DNA of 63,891 nt, filler included, from Stramenopiles sp. TOSAG23-2 (GCA_900128395.1; 37 parts of 37 records of this genome joined end to end with filler, not necessarily neighbours in it), one strand, 5' to 3'; shown: positions 49,027 through 62,173, counted from the whole stretch's first letter. Numbers and translations: made by a program. Notes: generated by a model not told the origin, from the sequence alone.

Positions 49027-50125
49027 ATGGCATCATTAACTATGAACCCACCACCAGCAAAAAGACTGAAAACATCAGCAACGAATAATAATAATACGTC
49101 GTCAACAATAAAAACAATATCGTTAGTACCATTTATTGATGATTTTATTAATACAATGTATGATAAACTATCATCTAATAACGGCATTAATGGTGAGCTT
49201 ATAATAATACGTCGTCAACAATAAAAACAATATCATTAGTACCATTTATTGATGACTTTATTAATACAATGTATGATAAACTATCATCTAATAACGGCAT
49301 CAATGGTGAGCTTACACCAGAAGACAAGAAAGATGTTTTAGAACGGATCGAATCTATAATACATTTGAAAGTGAGGCAACAACAAAGTAAACATTATATC
49401 AAAAAAGTAGTAAAGCGTGACTTTTCAAAACTACCTGGTATTGATGATATATGTGTGAAAACTATTATACCATATCTTGGTAACGATGGCCAAGCGTTAA
49501 TGAATATGTTTGGAAAAACAACAAAACGATTTTTAACTGTACCGACAATACGTGATGCATATAATAGTAATATTTCGAATTTTTATAGGAATGTTTTGAA
49601 TTGTTTAAACGATCGTTATGAAACTGAATTTCCAGATGGTATGCCATTGATATGTGCATGTGAAAAAGGACGTTTTGAGGATGTGAAATTATTTATTACA
49701 TGCATGAAGGGTATTAATAATATGACATTGAGAGAACACGTGAATCGATTCGGTGAAGATAGTGAAGGTGATGGTAATGAGGAATTTACACCTTTAATGG
49801 CAGCTACATACAAAGAACATTTCCACATAGTTAAATATTTAATTGCACAAGGTGAAGCTGATCCTAATATTGAAAATAGTGAATATGGAGCAAATGCATT
49901 ACATTTAGCAGCACAGAACAGAACGACTACTGAGTTGATTGAATTGTTATTAACTCATATGACTCTTGATAGTATTAATAAGAAGGCGTCTGATGGGGGA
50001 TCCACTCCCCTGGACTTGGCATATAGTTTTAATGATAGTCCAATTAGACAAGAGATCATTGATCTTATATGTTCAAAAGGTGGAAAAGCAAATTGTCATG
50101 ATGAGAATGGTAGACATGTAGGAGA
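49027..50125 (+). CDS. Ankyrin-repeat protein with NLS and possible F-box-like segment; 113-bp duplication (49088-49313) breaks the frame
   Basis: PPAKRLK; LPGIDDICVKTIIPYL; PLICACEKG, TPLMAA, NALHLAA and TPLDLA ankyrin motifs. Confidence 0.88.
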
Positions 50126-50233
50126 NNNNNNNNNNNNNNNNNNNNNNNNNNNNNNNNNNNNNNNNNNNNTTAATTAATTAANNNNNNNNNNNNNNNNNNN
50201 NNNNNNNNNNNNNNNNNNNNNNNNNATTTCTTT

Positions 50234-51848
50234 TCAAATTTCCTCCGACCTTGCTACCGCATTACGAGTATTATTTATCACATCATCATCATCAGTTGTT
50301 ACAGCATCTTCTCCTTCAACATCTTGTTGATCTTCCTCCATAATCATATTATCATTATTTTCTTTATCTGTTCCGTTATTATCTTGATCATCACTAGCCC
50401 AGCTAGCATCTTCTCCTTCCTCCCTTTCTTTCCAATTATCAACATTATTACGATGTTCTTTATTCAATACAAATACACCATTACCGGTACCACCACCATG
50501 TTTCGTCACATCTTTATAGCCAGCATTTAATATCAATTTTTTACCCATGTTTGATTTCAAACCTAAACGTTCAATATCAGTTAAAAACGATGTAATACTA
50601 TTTATATCTTTCTTTCCTTTCTTTTTTCGTCTTACTTGTCGAAATTGTTCCATGGTTAATATACCATCCGTAGTAGCATGCAAATTTAATGTATTGCCAC
50701 GTGTATAATTACGATGCATTTTAATCGTTTCCTTTGCTTTCTTCAACTTCAATTCCAATTTACGTTCTCGTTCAGCATTATAATGCAACTTATCATACAT
50801 TGATTTCAATTCTTTGATTCGATTACTCGCTGCATCTAATTGTAAATTCAATGATTTCTTTGTATCTTCCAATGTATTAATTTCTGCTTTTAATGTCTGT
50901 AAACAATTATATCAATGTTAGTATATATATACATATATGCTTAGGTACGTATTGATACGTTCAGCATTATAATGCAACTTATCATACATTGATTTCAATT
51001 CTTTGATTCGATTACTCGCTGCATCTAATTGTAAATTCAATGATTTCTTTGTATCTTCCAATGTATTAATTTCTGCTTTTAATGTCTGTAAACAATTATA
51101 TCAATGTTAGTATATATATACATATATATATATGCTTAGGTACGTATGGATATATATATATACATATTAATTCTACTTACTAATGTTTGCTGTTCTAATT
51201 TTGTTTTACTATTTTCTAATGTTAACATTCTTGTTTTTAAATTTGCAGTTTCATTATTAAAAATACTTTGTTGATCTGTTAATTTACGTGTAATTTCTTC
51301 TTTCTCATCGACCGCACGTTTTAAATTTTCTAATGTTAACATTCTTGTTTTTAAATTTGCAGTTTCATTATTAAAAATAGTTTGTTGATCTGTTAATTTA
51401 CGTGTAATTTCTTCTTTCTCATCGATCGCACGTTTTAATTCTTCTTTTACTTTTAATAAATCAGATGATAATTCAATTGCTTGATTTTCTTTTAATGTAT
51501 ATCGTTCATCAAATGCTTTTAATTCTTGTCGTATTATAACAATTTCTGCTTTATTCATATCTGCATTGTAATTATTTGATAATATATCTGAATTTAATTT
51601 ATTAATTTCAGATTCTTTTCCAATTAATGTTTGATTTAATGTTATATTTTCATTTTTTAATAATATTAATTCTGCTTTTGCCATTTCCAATTCATTTGAT
51701 AATTGCAATGCATTTGTTTTATTTTGATTTGCCTCATTTAAACGTTTTGTTGCTAATTCTGCTTTTGCTTTTAATGTTGCTTTTTCCAATGAATATTCTT
51801 TTTGTTGAAATTCACATGTATGTTTCAATGTATTATAATCATGTTCTA
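50234..51848 (-). CDS. Coiled-coil protein C-terminal part; intron 51180-51086; tandem duplication artefacts
   Basis: Heptad-rich ORFs joined by a GTAAGT...TACTAAC...TACAG intron. ~50770-51150 and ~51215-51440 are duplicated. Confidence 0.75.
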
Positions 51849-52286
51849 NNNNNNNNNNNNNNNNNNNNNNNNNNNNNNNNNNNNNNNNNNNNTTAATTAA
51901 TTAANNNNNNNNNNNNNNNNNNNNNNNNNNNNNNNNNNNNNNNNNNNNTCTTCCAAGTCTCTTCTTTGTTATCTTGCTTCGTTAATACCCCTATACACAC
52001 ACACACACACATCAGGGCAGGGAATAATAGGCCTATCACCACCTATCAAAATCATCGTCGAATAATAATAATAATAATAATTTCAGTACGTACATAAATA
52101 CATAAACCTCAAGCCCGGCAAGGAGAAAAGAGAAAAGTAGGAATACCAGAATATACGGATGAAAAATTCGAAAGTACAATTAGTAATTACGATAATTAAT
52201 ATTTATTACTTCCGTCTATTAATATAAATAAATAATTTGTCGTTGGACAATATATCGGTACAATAAATATATATATATTAAAAAAA

Positions 52287-52874
52287 ATGTTTAAAACAAT
52301 AATTTTAATTATTGTGTCAGTTTTATGTATTGTATCTTTGGCACGAGGGCAAGGTGAGTGTTCATTATATCATAAGGAAACGCAATGTAATATGCACTCA
52401 GATTGTGCTTGGTGTACCAGAACTGGTCATGAATCATATTGCACTCCAGCAAGTACTCCATGTCCATCGCCAGCACCATCTCATAGTATATGCAATAAAA
52501 CACAATACTGTTGTCCGGATGCAAAACAGTGTTTAACACCAACCAACCATTCCTGTGCATCTGGTCCAGATGCATGTTCAAAAGGTGAAGTTTGCTGTCC
52601 TTTAACAAAGATTTGTGTCGAGCCTTCAGGAGTTGATTGTAAGTCAACTTGTGACAATAATGATGAATATTGCTGCCCAGATGCATTGCATTGCCTTACT
52701 CCAACCGACCCAGGTGTATTTTGCGATCCTAGCAATAAAGATTCATGCCCGAGTGATGGACAAGTTTGTTGCCCCCTAACAAAAATATGTGTAAATGTTC
52801 GAAGACCATGTACTCCAGCAACTGTTAATGATGAAGAATCATTCGTAACTAAATTATATTTAAGAAAGAAGTAA
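52287..52874 (+). CDS. Secreted cysteine-rich repeat protein
   Basis: Signal peptide, PSI-like C..C..CAWC module, then two repeats of YCCPDA..CLTPT...VCCPLTKICV. Confidence 0.85.
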   Translation: MFKTIILIIVSVLCIVSLARGQGECSLYHKETQCNMHSDCAWCTRTGHESYCTPASTPCPSPAPSHSICNKTQYCCPDAKQCLTPTNHSCASGPDACSKGEVCCPLTKICVEPSGVDCKSTCDNNDEYCCPDALHCLTPTDPGVFCDPSNKDSCPSDGQVCCPLTKICVNVRRPCTPATVNDEESFVTKLYLRKK

Positions 52875-53160
52875 ATGTTGGTTTATAAAAGAGCGCATTG
52901 TACAAGGAATATATTCATACAATATATAATTTTCTTCTTCAGAAATATATATATATAAATGAGTATTTGATTTGAGATGTTAATTTCCGGGGGTAAAAGA
53001 AATTTATATAATACATGAGTAAGAGAAAATTTTTAAATAATTAATATATAATTTTCAAATAATACGAACCGTAAAAAAAAATATATACAAGTACGTTCGT
53101 ACGAAATATAAAAATATAATTTTTAATTTAATATATATATATATATATATATATATTTGA

Positions 53161-53334
53161 AGAGTAGGAATTATCATGAGTAAATTAAAAATAAATTATG
53201 CGTAAACCTATTATATCATATACATATGAGTAAGAGAAAAATACATATATATGAGAACTCTCGTGATGAGATATATATATAGATTTAATTTACGCATAAT
53301 TTATTTTTAATTTACTCATGATAATTCCTACTCT
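53161..53334. repeat. MITE-like element with 46-bp inverted repeats
   Basis: 53161-53206 is the exact inverse of 53289-53334. The same arm occurs at ~63466-63511 and partly at ~29534-29569. Confidence 0.75.
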
Positions 53335-53682
53335 CATACTTCGTACTTCGTATATATATACTTCGTCGTATATTACAGTATCATTCTAATTACACATTAC
53401 ACACACACTCTCATATGTACATATATTACTCGTAGATATTATATACAAAACTCATGTTCGTATCATTTTTTGGTGATTTTACGCAAAAAAATATACATAA
53501 TGATACTCGTATATTTCATGCTTTTCGCCCCACAAACACGGCGTGAAGGTAATCCAGATAATCACTTCCATNNNNNNNNNNNNNNNNNNNNNNNNNNNNN
53601 NNNNNNNNNNNNNNNTTAATTAATTAANNNNNNNNNNNNNNNNNNNNNNNNNNNNNNNNNNNNNNNNNNNNTAATTAAAAAA

Positions 53683-55266
53683 TCATTTTTTCAATGACGA
53701 TTGAAAATCTTGTGCCCAAAATTTCGATTTGTATGGAGAATCAAAGCCATTTTCTTCAGAATCAAATAAATTATCAGGTGGATGAAACCAATAATTAAAT
53801 GCCATATGGCCACCAAAATTATCATCTATATTATTATTATCACCACTAGTACCATCCATCATATTAGCATTTACATTTGTTGAATAGGAAGTCACTTCAT
53901 GAAACCATCCAGCTGGTAAATATAACATTTCTCCACTTTTCACTTCACACGAAGTACCTCTTACATTATTGAATTTTGGAAACTTTTCCTGAATTGTTTT
54001 TTCAGGCAAATATAAATTTATTTTTGAAAAATTCAATGGACCATCTTCCTTATCTTCATCACTTGATTTGTCATTATTATTATTATTATTGTTGTAGTCA
54101 TTATCATCATAATTATCATCCATTTGTACAGATAAAACAGAATCCAATGCATCATCTAAACGTTTTTCTGCACGTGCAACCCATTCTGCAGCACCAACTT
54201 TACCTTGTCTTAATGCTTGCTCAGCATTTGCTAAATCTTTCTCGGCATCATCTTGACATTTACTAGCATTTAATGCGACATCGGATAATAGATCTGCACC
54301 ATCTGCGCGTGTCACTTGACCTTTATAATTAATACGTCCATTTTCATGTACTTTTATAATCGTACCTTTCGTATACATGTTTAATGCATCTTCTGGACTA
54401 TATAATCGAAAACGTTTTTTTCCACGTATCAAAATATATAAATTATCATGAAAATCATGATGTAATCCAGAGGAGGAACCTTCTTTTGTATTTCCAAACC
54501 ACAAATTCAAATTAAATGGTATTAAATTTGGCAAAATGGATGGTTGCAATGGGAATTCACCATGATTAAACAATTCAACAATTGGGGATGTCATCATTTC
54601 TGGTCTACCTTCTTCATCAACTTTCAGATCTTGTGTTGTTAAATAATGCAATTTATCTCCACTTTTTATTTTATTTAAAAATTCTTTCATTTTCATTGTT
54701 TTTTCTTTTCCTTCACCAAATCTACCACTTTCATTCTCACGATATTCCACTCGTATAGTACTATTACCAGTTAAGCGATTTAAGTAATCATTGCTCCAAT
54801 GTGATTTTGTGCCTTTCCATTTTTCATCTATAGTGTCAAGCGATGATGAAAAAACTACAGGTCTCCGCTCTTTAACATATTTGTTATAAAATTCTTTCGG
54901 TGTAATAGCTGTTGGTGATATATAATCTATTGTTTCATTATTTTTTTTTAAACTATACCCACGATATGACATAATGTTTTCATTATTATTATTGGTGTTA
55001 TCAGAAAAACGTGGAATACTAAAACGAATTGGTGGATTGACCTTTGGTGAATTCTTCTTATAATGATTGCTCTTCTGTTTTTTGTGTTTATTATTATTGG
55101 TATCATCAGAAAAACGTGGAATATTAAAACGAATTGGTGAATTGACCTTTGGTGAATTCTTCTTATAATGATTAGTCTTCTGTTTTTTGTGTTTATTATT
55201 ATTATTCGTAAATAACTCTTTTGATTTTGAACGGCCACGTGAGCCACCTTGATTATTACTGTTCAT
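53683..55266 (-). CDS. JmjC (cupin-like 8, JMJD5/7-type) hydroxylase
   Basis: LWFG...SSGLHHDFHDNLYILIRGKKRFRLYSP and GEMLYLPAGWFHEV; imperfect 35-aa N-terminal duplication. Confidence 0.93.
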   Translation of the reverse strand: MNSNNQGGSRGRSKSKELFTNNNNKHKKQKTNHYKKNSPKVNSPIRFNIPRFSDDTNNNKHKKQKSNHYKKNSPKVNPPIRFSIPRFSDNTNNNNENIMSYRGYSLKKNNETIDYISPTAITPKEFYNKYVKERRPVVFSSSLDTIDEKWKGTKSHWSNDYLNRLTGNSTIRVEYRENESGRFGEGKEKTMKMKEFLNKIKSGDKLHYLTTQDLKVDEEGRPEMMTSPIVELFNHGEFPLQPSILPNLIPFNLNLWFGNTKEGSSSGLHHDFHDNLYILIRGKKRFRLYSPEDALNMYTKGTIIKVHENGRINYKGQVTRADGADLLSDVALNASKCQDDAEKDLANAEQALRQGKVGAAEWVARAEKRLDDALDSVLSVQMDDNYDDNDYNNNNNNNDKSSDEDKEDGPLNFSKINLYLPEKTIQEKFPKFNNVRGTSCEVKSGEMLYLPAGWFHEVTSYSTNVNANMMDGTSGDNNNIDDNFGGHMAFNYWFHPPDNLFDSEENGFDSPYKSKFWAQDFQSSLKK

Positions 55267-55676
55267 TGTTTATTTTAAAAGAGAAAATATCTANNNNNNN
55301 NNNNNNNNNNNNNNNNNNNNNNNNNNNNNNNNNNNNNTTAATTAATTAANNNNNNNNNNNNNNNNNNNNNNNNNNNNNNNNNNNNNNNNNNNNCTCTAAG
55401 CCCAGCTAATTTTAAATTCGTTGGATATTATTGGTATAGCTCACACACAGGTGCAGTATCCATCTATTGCCATATTAACATGCTCTATTTCATACACATT
55501 ACACATTATTTTCTCATTATTATTTTTAAATATGTCCGACATATCATATATATATAAAAATGTGATGATGAACATATTTCTGTATGAGAGATAATATAGA
55601 ATATATGTATTCTATCAAAAAATAGGTTTAACTAAAAATATATCGTTTTATATATTTATATATATATAGAAAGACA

Positions 55677-56424
55677 ATGACATCGAAAAAAATATTAACT
55701 ACTGCAGATTCATTATTAGATCAATTACTACCATTTACACCAATCTGTTTATTTCAAAATTTATCAAAAGAAGAAATTGGAGGAAATGTACGTAAGCAAT
55801 ATTCCATGAAAACAGAAGTATGTGCATGTGCCGTTTTTGATATCAGTGGATTCTCCAAATTAGCAAGCAAATTGCAACGTGATGTTAGAAGAAGGTTTAA
55901 GCCGAGGCAAACATGTTTTTAAGCCATCCAAAAATTACGTTGTATTAAAAGCAGGGGCAAAAGGCTCGAAATACCAAAATACCAGTACGGTTAAAATTTC
56001 AAATTTGTCACAGATTCCATTGTTCATATGTCAACTTCTCTCCGTATTTGGAGTAAGCTTAAATTTAAAAACATTAATATCTTTGCAATTATATTGCATG
56101 CCACCAATACCACTAACGGAGGAAGATATTAAAGGTCACTTAGACGATTTGCTTATTGAGATGTTAAATTCGCATACACTTTTTAGAAACCCATTATTTT
56201 TTTGCACTCGAATGTCAGGAAGAAGAAATTTATTGCAACGTATTAGATCAATGCAAACCAAAGTGCAAAAGTTAATACAAGGTAAAATTATTAAAAATAA
56301 GTCATTAGATATTAAAGGTATGGAACGTGATATTTTCGAAGATTTTCCACCATTAGGATGGAAGCCCAGTCAATTAGAATCTATGGCAAATAAAAGTTTA
56401 GAAGATTTGTTAGTTAATGATTGA
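55677..56424 (+). pseudogene. Class III nucleotide cyclase (ADCY10-like) N-terminus joined out of frame to a distal fragment; probably chimeric
   Basis: AVFDISGFSKL cyclase motif; frame breaks near 55895. Confidence 0.55.
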
Positions 56425-56454
56425 TTTTTAATAACCAAATGTTCGTTTTTCATA

Positions 56455-57015
56455 TATGATTGTATGCAAATTTCCGCAATAAGGATATTAATATAAAAAC
56501 TTAATAGCTGTTATTTAATGATAATTATTAAATTATGAATAATAGGTTTTTTAATTTAATCTATTAATTCCATTATTATTATTAGATGATTTAAGTATAA
56601 CATTATTTATTAATTTACGAATGAATGTCGTATTATTGTATAACTCCTCGTACTAGTACATATGTATATATATATTTACATAAAAATATCAATCCTCTCA
56701 CATTTATGTTATTTATGTTTCACTCCACTAAATGATTGTATGCAAATTTCCGCAATAAGGATATTAATATAAAAACTTAATAGCTGTGCACCTGTTATTT
56801 AATGATAATTATTAAATTATGAATAATAGGTTTTTTAATTTTATCTATTAATTCCATTATGTGCTTATTATTTATTAGATGATTTAAGTATAACATTATT
56901 AATTTTACGAATGAATGGCGTGCAATGTCGTATTATTGTATAACTACATATGTATATATATACATAAAAATATCAATCCTCTCACATTTATGTTATTTAT
57001 GTTTCACTCCACTAA
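56455..57015. repeat. ~280 bp imperfect tandem duplication (possibly two haplotypes)
   Basis: 56455-56731 vs 56732-57015 differ by small indels. Confidence 0.8.
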
Positions 57016-57115
57016 NNNNNNNNNNNNNNNNNNNNNNNNNNNNNNNNNNNNNNNNNNNNTTAATTAATTAANNNNNNNNNNNNNNNNNNNNNNNNNNNNN
57101 NNNNNNNNNNNNNNN

Positions 57116-58719
57116 AAATTTACTTGTGCATTTCCACATCCACGGCAAATGCATAATCCACAATCTTTGCACCATACAATATCTTCCTCTGATTTTCCAC
57201 CACTAGTTTCACAGACACAAAGAATACTTGATCGCATTGCTTCCGATTTTAACTTTAATAATTTTCCAAGCATTGTGTTGACGTCTGTTTGCTTAGCTAC
57301 ATCATCACTTTGAGGTTTTATCGTTCTTTTAACACGCCTGATGTATTCTGATTCGGCTGGCTCAGGGAGAAAGTAGCTTGGATCCTTCTTCCTCTCCCGT
57401 GCAAATTGCTTTACACAAAGGGCGGCAATTATTGCAGATGAAATTACACTTAAAGACATTGCATTACCAGCTAAATCAGATACTTGAACCTCAGATTCTT
57501 GGCCTAGTTGTAATCGATCGACCGGGATACCTTGAAACAATAATTTTTCGGTTCCCGTAACACTGCGACCAAGATGAGGCAAGTAACTCCAGCCACCCGG
57601 GGTTAAACAGCCGGCAACGCCTGGTGTGGCCGATTTGATTGACGCCATATGAACATTCTGGCTTATGTCCCAAAAAAAGCCATTATGCAAAGGATCCCGG
57701 GGAGGCATTAAATTAGCACATGCGGCACCAAAAATATCTATCATATCTCTTTTTCGTTGGTCAAACATACCTAAAAGCTCAGGCCATGAATTGTACAAGA
57801 CGTGATTCAGTTTTCCATCGGCACCCCATTCTGTTAAAGGCTTGGCGTCTGGCAAAATATTATACTTTTTGTCCCCATATTTACCTTCACCTGATCGAAC
57901 TTGTTTCGCATATTTATTATTGCCTGTGTTGCCATGAAAATATGCATTTTCCTGCGCTGTTGTATATGCTGTTTTGACACCAATTGGGCCACGAAGTACC
58001 TCCCTAAATCGCCTTACTCGAGAATCATTTGGCTTTGGTAGAAACGAAGTTAAACTATAAAGGACAGGTTCCTCCAATATTTCCATCAACTCTTCCCACA
58101 AATCACCAATATCTTGTCCTTTCACATCCGCATCTTGGAACTCTTCTGGTTTATACACAAACATATATTTGCGTTGTCGAACCTGTGGTAGCCCATATTT
58201 TCTTGTCACGACCAATTTAAAACGGCATTTGTATTTCACAGGAGTATCGAATGATAATTGATCCTCCAAATCGTCCAATCCACACCATTCTATCAGTTGT
58301 GTTGGCGCTCTTTGATTGGTACAAATTTTTGCCCAGAAAAACCTTTGATAAATCCATTTACTGTTGCACCTAAACGTACGCCAAGTTTACACTTTTCTTC
58401 TAGCATTTCAACTTTCCATTTGCCGTTAACAACTTTAAAAATAACTACCTCTTTTTTCCTATTATCCGCTTTTTTTTTTCTTTTTATCACCGCCTTTCTT
58501 ACCACTTGCAGCTCCTTCGTAAATGCCCCATAAAGGCAAGCGTCCTTCCACGTAACGTTGCATTTGAGGCCATGGGGCATTTTGAACATTTTCAAAAATA
58601 CACATTTTTGGTTGATATTTATAAATAAATTCTACCACTGCACAAAACGTCTCGCCACTTTGCCCTTTGTCCTCTAAATGATCTTTCAAGTTATTTGTCG
58701 TTTTAGTAAATTTAGTCAT
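57116..58719 (-). CDS. DNMT5: DNMT5-type C5 cytosine DNA methyltransferase, catalytic region with two frameshifts, truncated
   Basis: GQSGETF, PKMCIFENVQNAPW (motif VI), YGLPQVRQRKY (VIII), WDISQNV, CLTPGG, GRSVTGTEKLLFQGIP (IX), DLAGNAMS (X), then C.CE...C..C..C..C. Confidence 0.88.
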
Positions 58720-58835
58720 TTAAATAATAATATTANNNNNNNNNNNNNNNNNNNNNNNNNNNNNNNNNNNNNNNNNNNNTTAATTAATTAANNNNNNNNN
58801 NNNNNNNNNNNNNNNNNNNNNNNNNNNNNNNNNNN

Positions 58836-59738
58836 AGCGATCATATTTTGATGGTGATTCCATTCGTTTATCAATTTCTGTAATAGGCAATAGTTCCTTT
58901 GCATTTTCCGTGAAATTATAAAAAATAGAACTTTTCAATAAATCTACAACCCGTTTTATATTAATTAATGTTTGATTGTATGGTCCATATTTATTTCCAG
59001 TATCATCATTACTATTGCTATCCCGATGTTTCACCGTTTTAAATAGATATTCTTCCAAATGTGCAATTCGATTTGAAACGACATTTAATGCTCGTTCTTT
59101 ACCTTTAACACGGACTAATTGCGATACTAAATCTTCATGTCGATCGCAACGTTTACCAGTTAAGATCAAACCATTTGAACCAATAATTATACATTCACCT
59201 GGGCTTAATTCATGCGCTTCAATACATCGCCCAATTAATGATGTCAAACGAATTTCATAATCTGAACCATCTAAATACTCTGGTGGTTTCATAAAAGGCT
59301 GAAATTGTCCAGCAAGAATAGCCACGTACTTTGGAATACATTCTGTAAAAGGCACACCATTTGATTCACCATACATCACTTTAATTAAATCTGAGATACC
59401 AGATGCTAAATCATGCACGGTGCCTCCCTCTCCTATACCATCAGTATGATTAATGGATGAATGACCACCTCGCAAAAACAATGCATTTGATATTTGCGTC
59501 GATTTTCGTTGTAATTGACTCAGCATCGTACAACTAATGGCTCTTTACCTTTCCCAATATTAACAATATGTGCTTCATATGTGTTGACATCTTTATTTGA
59601 AGTCAATGCACTTTTACCCTTTTCTTTTAATTTAGCTTTTGCATCCGCTACTTTTACATCCGTCATGTAAGTTGATGATCGTTTATCATTATTATTATTA
59701 CTAGTATTTAAAGAAGAAGGTGCATCTTGGAAGTCCAT
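58836..59738 (-). CDS. Hypothetical protein, frameshifted near 59525, truncated
   Basis: Two overlapping same-strand ORFs (72 and ~230 aa) with globular composition. Confidence 0.55.
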
Positions 59739-60554
59739 TTTTGGTAATTTCTATTATTTATGCAATTAATTTATAGATATATGCGAAGTATTGCTGCGGT
59801 ATATCAGTCTTATGACATCAAGAGATATATGGTGTAAGCTTTTGTCTTATTTTTACGTGTAGATACATTTATATTTGTGTATATAATGTATTTAGAAATT
59901 ATTATGCGTCATCTTGAGATGTGTTCTATTATATAGTGATGTAGCTCTATCTAGTGATGCACTCTTGTATGTTATTAAAATAAATAATAACGGAATTATT
60001 CCTTATACTATACTGTACCTGGTAATTATAAGGTTATTATATTTAAAAAAAAAGTTGACGTGAGCCAGGTGAGGTTCCTTAAAAAACATGATGTAAAATT
60101 TTGAATTAATAGTAAAAAATGTACTGTAAGAACTCTCCACATATATATTAGCATGCACTTTACACCGTATTAGATATGGCCATATCTATATATATATATA
60201 TATTTACTGTAACTGTATATAAATTTTATTTGGAAAGAGAAAAGAGAGAAAGGATATATCTTCTGCACACACACACACTCACACACGTATATATACGATA
60301 GAAGCAAGCATTCAACAATGTTGATACATATTATTTTTGGAATGATAGTAGGCGCTATTTTTATTTTGTATTACCTTGTCACGAAACCAAATTCTGAAAA
60401 TAATGATAACCATCAGCTTTCAAAAGGATATAAATTTTATTTAAATGTTATTATNNNNNNNNNNNNNNNNNNNNNNNNNNNNNNNNNNNNNNNNNNNNTT
60501 AATTAATTAANNNNNNNNNNNNNNNNNNNNNNNNNNNNNNNNNNNNNNNNNNNN

Positions 60555-60613
<59 letters not shown>

Positions 60614-60672
60614 CGTTGGTTTTGTTGTTATTATTATCAGCTAGTTCATTAATATTTGTTAATGAAGACATG
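60555..60672 (-). CDS. N-terminus of a poly-Asn protein encoded by an (ATT)n microsatellite
   Basis: MSSLTNINELADNNNKTNEDG then poly-N to the contig edge. Confidence 0.5.
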
Positions 60673-61591
60673 TTATTTTTTACTTTAAAAATTTTGTAAG
60701 TATTTTTATCTGTCTGTGTGTGTGTGTGTTATATATATGTAATTATTATCTTTCACTTCTTTTTTTATCCACGTTGTTCTGCGATCTATATATAATGAAT
60801 ATTTCCATGTAAGGCCTTTTATCTCATTCTATCCATCTCTCTTTCACTCTCTCACACACATTCCATTTCTACATATTAATAATACATTGGTTGCATTGTA
60901 CACATCATAGACGACGACTAGACGACTATACTATAAAGCTTGGTCGAATGGCCACTTGTACTTTATGTATACTAATTACTATTGATTACCCATATAATAC
61001 GATGTAATGCTATGTCATGCTACTGGAAATAGTGAGACCCATTTTCCAATAGTGTATCGATGTAATTTATTGATGTTTTTTAGCCTATGCTGTGTGCCTG
61101 CTCCGGTCAATTTTTAATTTAGCATGGAATAGCACTACTAATGGTGTGTGTTTGCTAGAAAATTGTAGTGAGTGCTGTGTCATGCTATCTCGTGGCCATT
61201 ATTTGGCCATTTATGAAACCCTATAGGATACCTCCTTAATCTATAGGTCCTAGACTTTTCATTATTACTACCTCTCCTGATGGTATGTGGTAGTAATCCT
61301 TAGTGCATTATACCCAAAATTCAAATGTAATGTATTTATTGAAAAGTAGATATATGGAGTACATATATAGTGAAGAACCCATCTTTTTCATACTTAAAAC
61401 CATCTTATGATACATTAAAATGACAAGTTTACATATATATGGTACGGACCATTCACCAGTAGGTATACATTTTCCTCTTATTTTTTTTTATTTTTATTTT
61501 TTTTCCTCCTCATAATGATGAAATAATATCCTAACAACAATCTTTCATATATTATATACTGTAAAAGTGGGTACATTCAGTCTTACTAGCA

Positions 61592-62173
61592 TTGCATATA
61601 CATAATATTCATGACTATACGTTAAGTGCAACACCATCGTTGGCAACCATGGTAGAATCATATAAACAGAAACAAATTACTCCGTATATGATGCCTGCCA
61701 TGTGGTATAAAGGAAAATGTTATTATGAATCATATGATATTATTAGGATGATTCAAAATAAAATAGCAACAGAACAACCATTAACAAAACCAAATTTATT
61801 TGACTATAATGGTTTTGAAAATCTTGTTGAAATGGACAAATTGAATTTAAAATATATATTTACATATGCTATGACACGTGTATTGGGATTGAAAAAAGAA
61901 TTTCAATTTTGGCATGAATGGGCCGTTCATAAGGATAAACCAACATCACCAATTGCTGGATTAGTAACACCATTATTACGCCCTTTAACAACATTATATA
62001 TGTTTTCATTGCTCAATTATAATATTTTCACAACGAATTATCTTGCACCAGAGGAAGTACAAAAACAAACTGGTATAGATAAAGCAGGTTGGATTATTAA
62101 TCGTTGCAAAAGTTCTATTAAATATTTCAGTGGACGTTTAAATACAACTAATGGGAAATATTTATATGGTGAT
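61592..62173 (+). CDS. GST-fold/metaxin-like protein fragment
   Basis: TPYMMPAM..KGKCYYESYDII (GST-N cis-Pro/ES motif) and SGRL....GKYLYGD (GST-C). Confidence 0.65.
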
